Below, in pieces: positions 40,523 to 50,204 of a DNA stretch of 64,000 bases. A program made the translations under genes and the position numbers. The notes below the pieces were generated by a model. It was given only the letters and a program-made list of their open reading frames with translations. It was not told where the DNA came from and did no database searches. The first letter of the stretch is position 1, and each line of letters opens with the position of its first letter. The DNA lies in assembly GCA_021792255.1 (NCBI GenBank), contig JAJYUZ010000001.1:64001-128000 (forward strand), in the 5' to 3' direction. Origin of the DNA: Thermoplasmata archaeon. Its GTDB lineage: Archaea > Thermoplasmatota > Thermoplasmata > Thermoplasmatales > GCA-001856825.

Positions 40523-41527
40523 ATGAGCGGGAGAATTGGTATAGGAATCGTGGGTATCGGTGGGATTTCAGTCATTCACGAGGCTGCGTATCAAGAAGAC
40601 CCAAGGACAAAAATTGTCGCTTTGTGCGACACCAACAAGGAAGTACTTAAAGAGAGGGCAAAACAAATCTCAGTAAAAGCGTACGAAAGCTACCAGGATC
40701 TAATCAACGATTCGGAAGTTGAGGCAATCGACGTGTGTTTGCCACACTATCTTCACCATAAAGTTGCAAGATATGCAATTGAACGTGGCAAGAATGTGCA
40801 GTTGGAAAAGCCAATTACGATGAATTACGTCGATGCAGTAGATTTAGTTAATCTGGCAAAAGAAAAAGGGGTCAAACTGTCGGTTTCAGAAAACACGCGG
40901 TTTGTCAAGTCTTACCAACAGGTTAAGAGACTTCTTGTTTCCGGGAAGATAGGTGAGATATGGCAAGTGAGAACTCTGATTGCGGGAAGCGAAGTTGAGA
41001 GACTTTCTAACAAGAATGGTTGGATTGCCAAGAAAGAATATGGGGGAGGAATTGTCATGGATGCCGGGGTTCATACCTTCTATCTCTTCAAGTGGCTCTT
41101 CGGGGGCCTGAGGTCCGTTCAGTCAATCCTCTGGAATAGAATAGAGGGAACTGAGGTGGAAGATAACGCCATAATGTATGGTATACTGGAAAATGGCTCC
41201 CAATTCCAGGCACAGCTTAGCGACACTGCTCAGAGTCCTTGGACAGAGAGACTTGAGATATACGGCAGCGGAGGTGCAATTATCAGCGATCAGTTGTCTG
41301 ATCCACCTTTAAAAATCTACAACGGATGGATGGATAGTGAGGGAGAGAAAGTTGCAGAAGTTGAATACAATCCTGCCGGATGGAAGGCTATTTCAATTAT
41401 GGATGGCATTCACGATTTTGTCTCAGCGATCGTCGATGATAGACCGCCTACGGTAGACCCATCTGATGCGGCTTACGCAGTCAGGATTGCAGAAATGGCT
41501 TATTCAAACTCATCGATGATCCAATGA
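40523..41527 (+). CDS. Gfo/Idh/MocA family oxidoreductase
   Basis: GIVGIGGIS; PHYLH; LEKP; GGIVMDAGVH; ED. Confidence 0.92.
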   Translation: MSGRIGIGIVGIGGISVIHEAAYQEDPRTKIVALCDTNKEVLKERAKQISVKAYESYQDLINDSEVEAIDVCLPHYLHHKVARYAIERGKNVQLEKPITMNYVDAVDLVNLAKEKGVKLSVSENTRFVKSYQQVKRLLVSGKIGEIWQVRTLIAGSEVERLSNKNGWIAKKEYGGGIVMDAGVHTFYLFKWLFGGLRSVQSILWNRIEGTEVEDNAIMYGILENGSQFQAQLSDTAQSPWTERLEIYGSGGAIISDQLSDPPLKIYNGWMDSEGEKVAEVEYNPAGWKAISIMDGIHDFVSAIVDDRPPTVDPSDAAYAVRIAEMAYSNSSMIQ

Positions 41528-42780
41528 ATCCTGTGGAGAACAGACCCGATATCGTAAGAGGAAAAAGGGGAATAGCTTTCCTTTTGCTGTTCAGTTCCTT
41601 CTACCTGGGCCTTAATTATTTGTGGATTTCTTACGAGTCTCTAATACTTCCTGAACAGATTTTAGTCGCATTTCCTTCCTTCGAAAGAGGACTGGCACTG
41701 GGCGCGATCGCTTCTGGAGGAGTGGCCCTAGGAGTAATCGTAAATATTATTTCGGGCGTAGTTAGTGACCAATTGCACTCTAGATGGGGAAGAAGAACGC
41801 CGCTGATCATCGCTGGAACAATCCTACTGGTCGCCGTCTTGGCTCTTGTAGCGGTCATCCCTATAACAATCCCTCTCGTCGTAACTGGTTTCGTTTTCAT
41901 GCAGGTATTCTCCAATCTCGCCCAAGGTGCATTTCAACCTTTGCTACCGGATCTCTTCCCCCATGAGAAGAGAGGTGAAGTCGGCGGATTCTTGGGACTG
42001 TACGCTCTCATCGGAGATGCGCTGGGATTTGGTATTACTGGATTGCTTGTCGGAATAGGGTATTTATCAGTCTCTGTTTTTGTAATTATTGTCCCAGTCT
42101 TGCTAACGACTTCGCTTATGTTGTTTACAGTGAGAAAATACGATGCTCCATATTTAGGAACTTCAATCGGTGTTCGGAAAGCTTTCGTCAAGATTTTCAG
42201 TCCGGAGGAGTCTGTACCGGGTTTCATATGGCTCGTAATGGGTTCCTTTCTTGTCCTCATAGGTTCAAGCGGCCTTGTATACTTCGAACTTTATTTCTTT
42301 AAATATATCCTTAACATTCCAAACCCCGCATTCGGGGTTGCTATCGCGGGAGTTGTAGTGCTCATAACCGGGATGGCCGCGGCACTGGGTCTCGGGTACC
42401 TTTCCGACAAGATAGGGAGAAAGATCATACTAATTTCTGCAGCGTTGGTGGGAGGGGTAGCAATGTTGTCCCTGCCCTTTGCAAGATCATTTTACGTCTT
42501 CCTAATAGTTGCGGCTGTAGTTGGCGCCACTACTGGCCTCTTCTTGAGCGTTGAGATGGCATATGCAAGCGATCTAGTTCCTAAACGATCCTCCGGACAG
42601 TATATGGCTTACTCCAACATTGCATTTGGTGGATCATCTTCGTTTGCACCCCTTGTCGATGGTGCTATCTTCTACGTTTTCAGGAGCAATATTTACCAGA
42701 GCTTCACGGCAATGTTTTTCCTAGCTTCCTTTTTCTATTTCGTCGGAGCGGCAATACTCTTGAAGACTCCTAAAAGATGA
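41524..42780 (+). CDS. MFS transporter
   Basis: About 12 TM; G-VSD--HSRWGRR and GYLSDKIGRK motif A. Confidence 0.92.
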   Translation: MNPVENRPDIVRGKRGIAFLLLFSSFYLGLNYLWISYESLILPEQILVAFPSFERGLALGAIASGGVALGVIVNIISGVVSDQLHSRWGRRTPLIIAGTILLVAVLALVAVIPITIPLVVTGFVFMQVFSNLAQGAFQPLLPDLFPHEKRGEVGGFLGLYALIGDALGFGITGLLVGIGYLSVSVFVIIVPVLLTTSLMLFTVRKYDAPYLGTSIGVRKAFVKIFSPEESVPGFIWLVMGSFLVLIGSSGLVYFELYFFKYILNIPNPAFGVAIAGVVVLITGMAAALGLGYLSDKIGRKIILISAALVGGVAMLSLPFARSFYVFLIVAAVVGATTGLFLSVEMAYASDLVPKRSSGQYMAYSNIAFGGSSSFAPLVDGAIFYVFRSNIYQSFTAMFFLASFFYFVGAAILLKTPKR

Positions 42781-42864
42781 AAGACCAATAAATCACCGTT
42801 GTTTATTGGCAAACTCAAACTGCGAGTCGCATAGATTTAAATATAGTAGAAAAGATGGAGAGAC

Positions 42865-43983
42865 ATGAATTTTGAGGGAGAGCCTCTAGCTCTAAAGCAT
42901 GAGAAAATCTCAAAGTCCATCGCGGATCTTGGAATAGAGGGAATTTTTATAACCTCCATTGAAAATGTCTATTATTTCACTGGTGCACCTGTAATGCCAG
43001 GAACCGGGAACCCCATCCTTTTTGCACTCAGAAACAGAATCCCTTTTTTTGCCTATTTGAGCAAGAGCGGAGAAGTGACGCTTTTCGTGTGGTTCGGCGT
43101 GACGATGGGAGTGGAGTACCAAGTGGACGACGTTAGGAGTTACATGGATATGGATGGGGGGATTGCCGAATTGTCCAGTTTTATCGAAGAGAAGGAGATA
43201 GGATTGAGCAAAGTTGGAATTGAATCCAACTGTCCCTATTACGTCACAGACCTTCTACGCAAATCAGGAATCTCGTGGATCGTGATTGATTATCCTATCA
43301 AGAATATGCGCTTGGTGAAGAGGAAGGAAGAGATTCTCTTGATCAGAAAAGCAACCGAAATTGCAGAGTCTACCGTCAAAGATTTGGGTGAGGAAATGAA
43401 GATTGGAATGACAAGGCAGGACCTTGCAAGGAAGGCCAGATTGTTTATGATAGAGCACGGTGCGAACTCGATAGATCACATCACACTCGCATTCGGGCCA
43501 TCAAATCCAGAAGTAATGATTGACGAGTCTCTCAAGGCGGGACAGATAATCACCGTTGATCTCGGAGCAATCTACGAAGGATACGTTTCGGATACAAGGA
43601 GACTGTTTTACTCTGGGAAGATTGTTCCTGAGAGGACAGAGAAGTTGTACAGAACGATGGTCGGCATTGTAGATAAGATCGGAGAAGCTTTGATTCCAGG
43701 AAGGAAATTTGGTGAGATCTACGATTTGGCAGTCAGGTTATACGCCGACAACGCTCTAGAACCAATGTTTGTAAGCGCAGGTCACAGTATTGGTATTGTG
43801 ACTGAGGAAGAAATGATCACTCAAGGATGTGGAACTGAAATAGAAAACAATATGATCCTTAACATAGAGTTGTACGCACCAGATGACAACGGAGTAATGA
43901 TAGGAGATGAGGAAACATATTTGATACAGAACGGAAGCAGCACAAGGATTACGGAGTTACAGAGAAAGATTTTTCAAGTATGA
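42865..43983 (+). CDS. M24 family metallopeptidase/amidohydrolase (Xaa-Pro peptidase/creatinase fold)
   Basis: Creatinase-like N-domain; DLG---GY-SD; GHSIG; NIE; EETY. Confidence 0.88.
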   Translation: MNFEGEPLALKHEKISKSIADLGIEGIFITSIENVYYFTGAPVMPGTGNPILFALRNRIPFFAYLSKSGEVTLFVWFGVTMGVEYQVDDVRSYMDMDGGIAELSSFIEEKEIGLSKVGIESNCPYYVTDLLRKSGISWIVIDYPIKNMRLVKRKEEILLIRKATEIAESTVKDLGEEMKIGMTRQDLARKARLFMIEHGANSIDHITLAFGPSNPEVMIDESLKAGQIITVDLGAIYEGYVSDTRRLFYSGKIVPERTEKLYRTMVGIVDKIGEALIPGRKFGEIYDLAVRLYADNALEPMFVSAGHSIGIVTEEEMITQGCGTEIENNMILNIELYAPDDNGVMIGDEETYLIQNGSSTRITELQRKIFQV

Positions 43984-44017
43984 TAACTATAAATATCTGA
44001 TTTTTCATTGAAAAATA

Positions 44018-44806
44018 ATGGAGCCACTCATAATAACTGCCACACCCAACATAAGCTGGCTGAATCCTAAACTGAAGTTCCCCAAAACACCCGAAGAGAT
44101 TGGAGAGGCGGCAGAAAAGTGTGCTAAGGCAGGAGCATCAATAATACACATTCACTCCGATGGGAAATGGAAAGAGAGTACGAGGATGGTAAGAAGGAGG
44201 ACCGATGCAATCATTCAGTGTGGAATGTCAAGTCTTTCAATAAAGAACAGAATGGATGCGATCAACGGCGACTGCGACATGATTTCGATAATTCTTGGAC
44301 ATCACGACGAGGCCTTCGTCAACGTGGAGACTCACAAGCTTCATACGAGAGAGGAATTGAAGGAATATGCGGCACTATTGAGAAAGCACGGACTGAAGCC
44401 TGAATTTGAGGTCTGGCACAGTGGACACATATGGAATTTGAAATATCTCATAGAACGAAACTACTTCCAAAGACCATATTTTTCGACTCTTTTTTTTGGT
44501 TGGCCAGGAGGAAACTGGTCCCCTCCCATACTCGAAGAATACCTTCAGAGAAGAAGGATGATGCCGGATAACAGCATCATAAGTGTGAGTGTGATGGGCC
44601 CTGAGAACATTAAAGTCCTAACGGCCGCCATACTGATGGGAGATCACGTAAGGGTGGGAACCGAAGATCATCCTTTCATCGGTAACAAAAAGGCCAAGAC
44701 AGAAGAACTCGTTTCGTGGATTTCCGATGTTGCCAGATCCTTGGGCAGGAGAGTCGCCTCAACAGATGAGGCAGTAAATTTGATTGGCGTGAGGAGGAGA
44801 GGTTAA
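44018..44806 (+). CDS. Beta-keto acid cleavage enzyme (BKACE / Kce, DUF849) family
   Basis: P-TPEEI---A--C--AGASIIHIH; KPEFE; GDHVRVGTED; GRRVAS. Confidence 0.9.
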   Translation: MEPLIITATPNISWLNPKLKFPKTPEEIGEAAEKCAKAGASIIHIHSDGKWKESTRMVRRRTDAIIQCGMSSLSIKNRMDAINGDCDMISIILGHHDEAFVNVETHKLHTREELKEYAALLRKHGLKPEFEVWHSGHIWNLKYLIERNYFQRPYFSTLFFGWPGGNWSPPILEEYLQRRRMMPDNSIISVSVMGPENIKVLTAAILMGDHVRVGTEDHPFIGNKKAKTEELVSWISDVARSLGRRVASTDEAVNLIGVRRRG

Positions 44807-45570
44807 TGGAGGGAAAAAAGGTAGCCATAATAACGGGAGGCGCGCGTGGTATAGGCGAGGCAGCAGCGAGAATTTTTTTAGATAACGGATACAAGGTTTC
44901 TATCCTTGACATAATTGAGGGAAGAGAGTTTACCAAACATTCTCACGATGAAAATGACTTCATATTTGTCAAGTGTGACATCTCTAAAGAAGCCCAGGTG
45001 AAGAACGCAGTCTCCAAAACCTTCGAAGAATTTGGTAGGATAGATGTACTGCTCAACATTGCAGGCGTAGTAATAGTGAAACCAATAGAAGAGATTACAG
45101 TCGATGAATTTAGGAGAGTGGTGGATGTAAACATTGGAGGAACTTTTCTGATGATTAAGCACGTAGTCCCAATAATGAAGAAGCAGAGGACCGGTGCCAT
45201 CATTAATATGGCCTCAGTATCAGGGCACGTTGGTCAGGTCAGACACTCCCTGTACGGAGCCACGAAAGGGGGGATAATTGCATTCACCAGAGCACTGGCC
45301 TGGGAGCTATCTCCTTTCGGGATTAGGGTGAACTCCGTGAGTCCAGGTTCCGTAGATACACAAATGCTTAGGGATGATGTTTCAGGTGAGGCAAAGCGTC
45401 TGGGACGGAGCTATGAGCAGGTCAAGAAAGAACGAGAGGCTGAACAGGCATTTGGCAGGTGGGCAGAACCCAAGGAAATCGCCGAGGCAATATTCTTTCT
45501 TGCAGACGAACGCGCCTCTTTTGTCACGGGGACTGACCTACTTGTTGACTGCGGGTGGGTAGCAAAGTAA
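44806..45570 (+). CDS. Short-chain dehydrogenase/reductase (SDR)
   Basis: TGGARGIG; NIAG; YGATK; IRVNSVSPG. Confidence 0.95.
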   Translation: MEGKKVAIITGGARGIGEAAARIFLDNGYKVSILDIIEGREFTKHSHDENDFIFVKCDISKEAQVKNAVSKTFEEFGRIDVLLNIAGVVIVKPIEEITVDEFRRVVDVNIGGTFLMIKHVVPIMKKQRTGAIINMASVSGHVGQVRHSLYGATKGGIIAFTRALAWELSPFGIRVNSVSPGSVDTQMLRDDVSGEAKRLGRSYEQVKKEREAEQAFGRWAEPKEIAEAIFFLADERASFVTGTDLLVDCGWVAK

Positions 45571-45571
45571 T

Positions 45572-45898
45572 TCACAGCATCAGTTTCTGTAATCTGAGGA
45601 GATCCTCCATTGATCCCTTAACTTTTATTTTTCTTGTTGAATAGGCTACCACTGGATTGATTTTTCTGTTTATTATCCCTTCCAGCACATCGCTAGTGGT
45701 ACTCACTACTACGTCTGGATTACCTGTTGATCCTTTGAGTATTCCGGCACTTCCTCTCTCTATAGAAAGGAGATATTGTTCCTTGACATCAGTAAATTCG
45801 AACTGCACCTGCTTGACCACATCCTTGAATTTTTCTTGAACGTCCGGATTAGAAAATTTGTTCCTTATGGATTCGAGGATTGATTCAACGTTCGTCAT
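45572..45898 (-). CDS. SCP2 sterol/lipid-binding domain protein
   Basis: PDVVV; INP--AY----IKVKG pattern. Confidence 0.85.
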   Translation of the reverse strand: MTNVESILESIRNKFSNPDVQEKFKDVVKQVQFEFTDVKEQYLLSIERGSAGILKGSTGNPDVVVSTTSDVLEGIINRKINPVVAYSTRKIKVKGSMEDLLRLQKLML

Positions 45899-46223
45899 CT
45901 TTGAATTGATTAGAAAGGTCGTATTTATAGTTTGGACATTGATTATGGAAGGAAACTACATTAAGATCCGATGGAGCGATACTTACCGTTTTCAACTAAT
46001 TTCCCTGCCGAACTCTTCACGAAGGGGCCGGGGAGTCAGCAATAGGGACATTCAAATTGACGACAAACAATACCAGCCCTGACACCAAAAAGAAAGAGGG
46101 AATTGATGTCTCATCAAAGCCAAAAACCCAATAGATTCTGCCCATCCTTGTAATACAAGAGCTCTTCGAGTTCCATTCTGTTACGTTACTGGTAATCAGA
46201 ACGAGAGCGGCCTTTTTCCTTTC

Positions 46224-46460
46224 CTATTTCTTCTCCGGTTTCTTCTTCTTGCTCTGTCTGACCACAACATCTTCCAAGGTTTCTTCAGCACGCTTCAGAT
46301 CGGATTCTACAGACTTCAACACACCCCGTTCCACCGGCTCTTCCCTCTTTTTCATCTCTTTCTGCAGTGATTTCTCGATTGCTTCTTTCCTCTTTCTCTT
46401 GGCATACTTGATCTCGTCTCTCTTCTCCTCCTTCTTCAACTCTCTCTTCCAGTCACTCAA
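46224..46460 (-). CDS. Small highly charged hypothetical protein
   Basis: 78 aa, K/E/R-rich; TTG start preceded by a GGGGGAAG purine tract. Confidence 0.55.
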   Translation of the reverse strand: MSDWKRELKKEEKRDEIKYAKRKRKEAIEKSLQKEMKKREEPVERGVLKSVESDLKRAEETLEDVVVRQSKKKKPEKK

Positions 46461-47193
46461 AGTGCTTCCCCCTACACGAAATGGAATTCACCAGGTCAAA
46501 TAATCCATTGCCCTTGTAAAAGTCTTTCAAATGTTCACGAACTGAAGGATCAGATAACATCCTTCTTCAAACCAGAGTTGTCTAATAAACGTTTCTGGCG
46601 TTAGCTATGTGCTTGATCTATCGACCATTTGCTTTATACAACAAAGCTACAAACGGCCACCCATTAGCTCAATTATTCTTAACAACCCGATTTGAGTCAC
46701 TATGATAGAAGAGCGCGTTTCCGGTCATACTATCTGACGGAAAAATACAAACTCCCGTGAGGAACCAGCATGATGATTAGTCCTATTACCCAACAGACTA
46801 GACTTGGAGGAGGAACATAAAGACTGTACAACAAAAAGGCAATAGGGGCCATGGTCATCTTTATTGCCGTCGCCTATTTCGTCGGTATCTCTGAAATTCT
46901 CTCGTCCAATAACTACCTAATTCGACTCTCTGCTAGTCCAGACCCGCACTCTGTTGGATCCAGGTCAAGTATCTTACTCACCGCGACTACGCGGCCAGAC
47001 TGCATATTCTAACTAGCCTTCAGAGGCTGGAACTTAGCCCAAATGAAGATAAGTAGCATCCTTGAAAGTCGTACATAGGCATACATTCTTCTGCCATATC
47101 CAGGAGGATCACAAGTAACTGAACTTCTTGGATAGAACCTCCGGGACCCATTCAGTCTCTTAGTACGTGCTATCTTGAGCTCGAGAACCGTTC

Positions 47194-47379
47194 TTAGAAG
47201 AAGCTCTTTTTAATGACTGAATTGACTTTCTCCATTACTTCTGGCGAAATCTCTGTCATGTTGTGGGCGGTTTTTGCGTGATTTGCGATCAACGGCATAA
47301 GTTCTTCCTTAGTAGAGGCTTTTGTCTCGAAGGCACAATTTTGGCCAGTGTCGGCGCATTTGAAGCTATATTTAGCCAT
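47194..47379 (-). CDS. DUF1059 family small metal-binding protein
   Basis: FKC-D-G--C-F...H----H pattern. Confidence 0.85.
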   Translation of the reverse strand: MAKYSFKCADTGQNCAFETKASTKEELMPLIANHAKTAHNMTEISPEVMEKVNSVIKKSFF

Positions 47380-47485
47380 GTTTATACAAATTAAGGTACA
47401 ATAAAAATTTTACGCACAGTCTGAAAAATTGAAATTTCTGAAGTCTGTTCTAAATCCTTTTTTACGAGGTGAACATACGATTTCA

Positions 47486-47995
47486 ATGGAGAGACCATCT
47501 TGGGATGAATATTTCATGAGAATGGCCTTTATGGCAGCCACCAGATCAAACTGTGTCAGAAGAAAGGTGGGGGCCGTAATAGTTAAAGAAAAGAGAATCA
47601 TGTCGACTGGTTATAACGGACCACCCAAAGGTGCGCTCCACTGTGACGAGGCTGGCTGTCTGAGAGACCAGTTAAAGGTTCCTCCCGGCGAAAGGAGAGA
47701 ACTATGTAGAGGACTGCATGCGGAACAAAATGCAATAATTCAAGCAGCTTACAACGGAACCGCGATAAATGGAAGTATCATTTATGTCACTACACATCCT
47801 TGTTCCGACTGCTCCAAGATGATAATAAATGCTGGAATAAAAGAAATTATTTTCTCGGAAGGTTATCCGGACGAACTTTCAGAATTGATGCTTATAGAGA
47901 GTGAGATAGAAACTAGACAGTACGATGTTTCTCAAGACTTCAAGGATTTACTGTTCGGATCAAACGTTGCGCTGATACATAGAGACAAGGACTGA
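47486..47995 (+). CDS. dCMP deaminase (cytidine/deoxycytidylate deaminase family)
   Basis: RPSWDEYFM; TGYNG; HAEQNA; PCSDC. Start set at ATG 47486. Confidence 0.93.
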   Translation: MERPSWDEYFMRMAFMAATRSNCVRRKVGAVIVKEKRIMSTGYNGPPKGALHCDEAGCLRDQLKVPPGERRELCRGLHAEQNAIIQAAYNGTAINGSIIYVTTHPCSDCSKMIINAGIKEIIFSEGYPDELSELMLIESEIETRQYDVSQDFKDLLFGSNVALIHRDKD

Positions 47996-48053
47996 ATGCG
48001 GTCTCCTGAATGTGACATGCTTCGCGGGATAATTTTAGAAGAGCGGAGCCGAC

Positions 48054-48986
48054 TCAGAATGTATCCAGTTTATCTTTGATTTGGATATACTCGTCCTCTA
48101 TTCTCTTGTTCTGCTCCGGGTTCAGTCTCCATCCGTTAGATTGCAGGTTGATCGTGGCCTGATCCCTGTTCTTAGCTCCAGGAATCGGAATGACGTTTCC
48201 TCTTGAAATGAGCCAGTTCAGTGCTAGCTGAACGACCGAATGGCCCGTTTCCAGAGAAATTTCCCTGAGCACTGTGAGGAAAGAGGAAATACTCCTGATA
48301 TTGGATTCAGAAAACAACTTGTTGCTCTTCCGCACATCGCTGGGTTCAAGATTTGCGTGATCATACTTGAAAGTAAGGAGACCCTGAGCGAGTGGCGAAT
48401 ATGCTATCACGCTGATATTTTCTTTGCTGAGGTAAGGAAGCATTTCTTCTTCAATTTCCCTCTGCAGAATGTTGTATCTGACTTGATTCGATACGATGTC
48501 CATGTTTGACAGATACGATCTCGCCTCTTCTATCTGGCAGATGCTAAAATTGGAAAGTCCTATATATCTAATCTTTCCGTCGTTCGCCATCTTTTCAAGC
48601 GTCTTCATGCTTTCCTTCAAAGAGGTGTATATGTCTGGCCAATGTATTTGGTACAGATCTATGTAGTTGGTATTCAGTCTTTTGAGACTTCCCTCCAACG
48701 CTCGCTCAAGGTACTCTGGTTTCAGATGACTTCCAGACGCCTTTGTAGCGATTATAATCTCGTCACGAATGTCCTTTATTACTTCTCCTATGACCGCTTC
48801 CGAGTGTCCGTCTCCATAGACCTCAGCTGTATCTATGAAGTTGAGTCCCATTTCTATAGATGTTAAAATGGCGTTTTTTACGTCAGAATCGACAATTTTT
48901 CCCCATCCTTTCGCCCCCGCTTGCCAGGCGCCAAGGCCAATAACAGAAACTTTTAAATCGGATTTTCCTAGGTTCCTATATTCCAT
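48054..48986 (-). CDS. Aldo/keto reductase
   Basis: DTAEVYG; IATK; DLYQIHWP; GLSNF; YSPLAQG; PIPG. Confidence 0.95.
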   Translation of the reverse strand: MEYRNLGKSDLKVSVIGLGAWQAGAKGWGKIVDSDVKNAILTSIEMGLNFIDTAEVYGDGHSEAVIGEVIKDIRDEIIIATKASGSHLKPEYLERALEGSLKRLNTNYIDLYQIHWPDIYTSLKESMKTLEKMANDGKIRYIGLSNFSICQIEEARSYLSNMDIVSNQVRYNILQREIEEEMLPYLSKENISVIAYSPLAQGLLTFKYDHANLEPSDVRKSNKLFSESNIRSISSFLTVLREISLETGHSVVQLALNWLISRGNVIPIPGAKNRDQATINLQSNGWRLNPEQNKRIEDEYIQIKDKLDTF

Positions 48987-49040
48987 TAACCGATATAATA
49001 GGATTTATAATTAATTTTCGTCTGTGGTTTTACATTCCGC

Positions 49041-50132
49041 ATGAAAATCATAAAAAACTCCGCCGCCCTCTCACAAGATTACGTTCCAGAGATAGTTTTA
49101 GGAAGAGAGGAACAGATAAATCAGCTAAAGGAATTAATCAGAGTCAGTGACGTCTCTTCTACATTTGTGATCAGGGGAAACCCAGGAACTGGAAAGACTC
49201 TAACCGGCAAGTATCTTTTGAAAGACCTGAAGGAATTCAATGGTGTGTACGTCAACTGTTATGTCAACCAAACGGACAGGTCAATAGTATCTAGCATTCT
49301 TGATAATCCAAACATCAGGCTTCCAGAGATAGGAAACACAAGATCAGAATCTTTGTCCAATCTTTTATTCAAAGAATTGCCTTCCAAGAAAAACTTAATT
49401 GTGCTCGACGAGAGTCAATCACTAAAGCGGAGTCACGGTCAGATTGTTTACTTGCTATCTAGGAGCAAGGAACTGGGCGGACCGGATATAAAATTGGTAC
49501 TCTTGTCGATGGAAGAACCAGAAATGTATCTTGACAGAAGCACATTATCGGGTTTGGGCAGATACAACAGGATCACTTTGAAAGAATACAGTATCAGCGA
49601 GCTCTTTAATATCCTCAAATCTCGAGCAAGTATCAGCCTATATGAAGGAGCATACACGGATTCCGCAATAGGTAAGATATCTGAACTTACTGAAGAGAAC
49701 GGAAGCGCCAGGATCGCAATAGAATTGTTAAGAAATTCCGCCCTATTTGCAGAATCGAGGGGCACATTTCTAGACGATGAGACAGTCCTCAATGCTTACA
49801 GGGAATTTTCTCCACCTCTTGACGAAAGCTCGCTGATCAATCTCGAAGAGGACGAAATTCATCTGTTGAGGTCTTTATTAGAATTAACAGACATTGAGAA
49901 CGGATTCAAAGCATCAGACCTAAAGAATCTACGGCCCGACTTGAGCGACTCAAGAATGTACAAATTTTTAAAAACAATTGAACTGTCTGGACTAGTCAAA
50001 AAAAGCAGGGTGGGAAAGGGGTATTCGGGAGGAGTCGAAAATGAGTACCTGCTAAGAGTCTCGCCACGCGTACTAATCAGTAAATTGAGCCTAATTGAGA
50101 AATCAATTGGAATGTCCCAAAAGGAAGACTAG
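49041..50132 (+). CDS. Divergent Cdc6/Orc1 paralog (AAA+ with winged helix)
   Basis: DYVP-----REEQ; Walker A GNPGTGKT; YVNC; IVLDE; GSARIAIELLR; divergent C-terminal WH. Confidence 0.88.
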   Translation: MKIIKNSAALSQDYVPEIVLGREEQINQLKELIRVSDVSSTFVIRGNPGTGKTLTGKYLLKDLKEFNGVYVNCYVNQTDRSIVSSILDNPNIRLPEIGNTRSESLSNLLFKELPSKKNLIVLDESQSLKRSHGQIVYLLSRSKELGGPDIKLVLLSMEEPEMYLDRSTLSGLGRYNRITLKEYSISELFNILKSRASISLYEGAYTDSAIGKISELTEENGSARIAIELLRNSALFAESRGTFLDDETVLNAYREFSPPLDESSLINLEEDEIHLLRSLLELTDIENGFKASDLKNLRPDLSDSRMYKFLKTIELSGLVKKSRVGKGYSGGVENEYLLRVSPRVLISKLSLIEKSIGMSQKED

Positions 50133-50177
50133 AAATTCGTCCGAGTTATACGTTCAAATACCGAAAGATATATATAG

Positions 50178-50204
50178 TGTCATATTAATGTCATTATTAT
50201 GTCA
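50178..50204 (+). promoter_or_regulatory. Three TGTCA direct repeats at exact 11-bp spacing, downstream of a BRE/TATA (GAAAGATATATATA) and overlapping the start codon
   Basis: TGTCATATTAA-TGTCATTATTA-TGTCA at 50178, 50189 and 50200. Confidence 0.5.

Noticed and set aside
45982-45993. CTTACCGTTTTC also present at 53881 beside the ORB
   Set aside because: A single 12-mer match is expected by chance in 64 kb, and the ORB core does not follow it.
46770-46894. C/D-box sRNA (ATGATGA...CTGA)
   Set aside because: Boxes are about 120 nt apart, too long for an archaeal C/D guide, with no clear C'/D' boxes.
40278-47193. Integrated mobile element at tRNA-Glu
   Set aside because: No integrase or transposase, and I could not find a duplicated tRNA 3' end (attR); kept only as a possible variable region.
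48988-49015. dif-like site AACCGATATAA-TAGGAT-TTATAATTAAT (11-6-11)
   Set aside because: Lies in a 54-bp divergent promoter where back-to-back TATA boxes explain it; the outer arms pair poorly; it is only about 5 kb from the probable origin; no xerA in the window.
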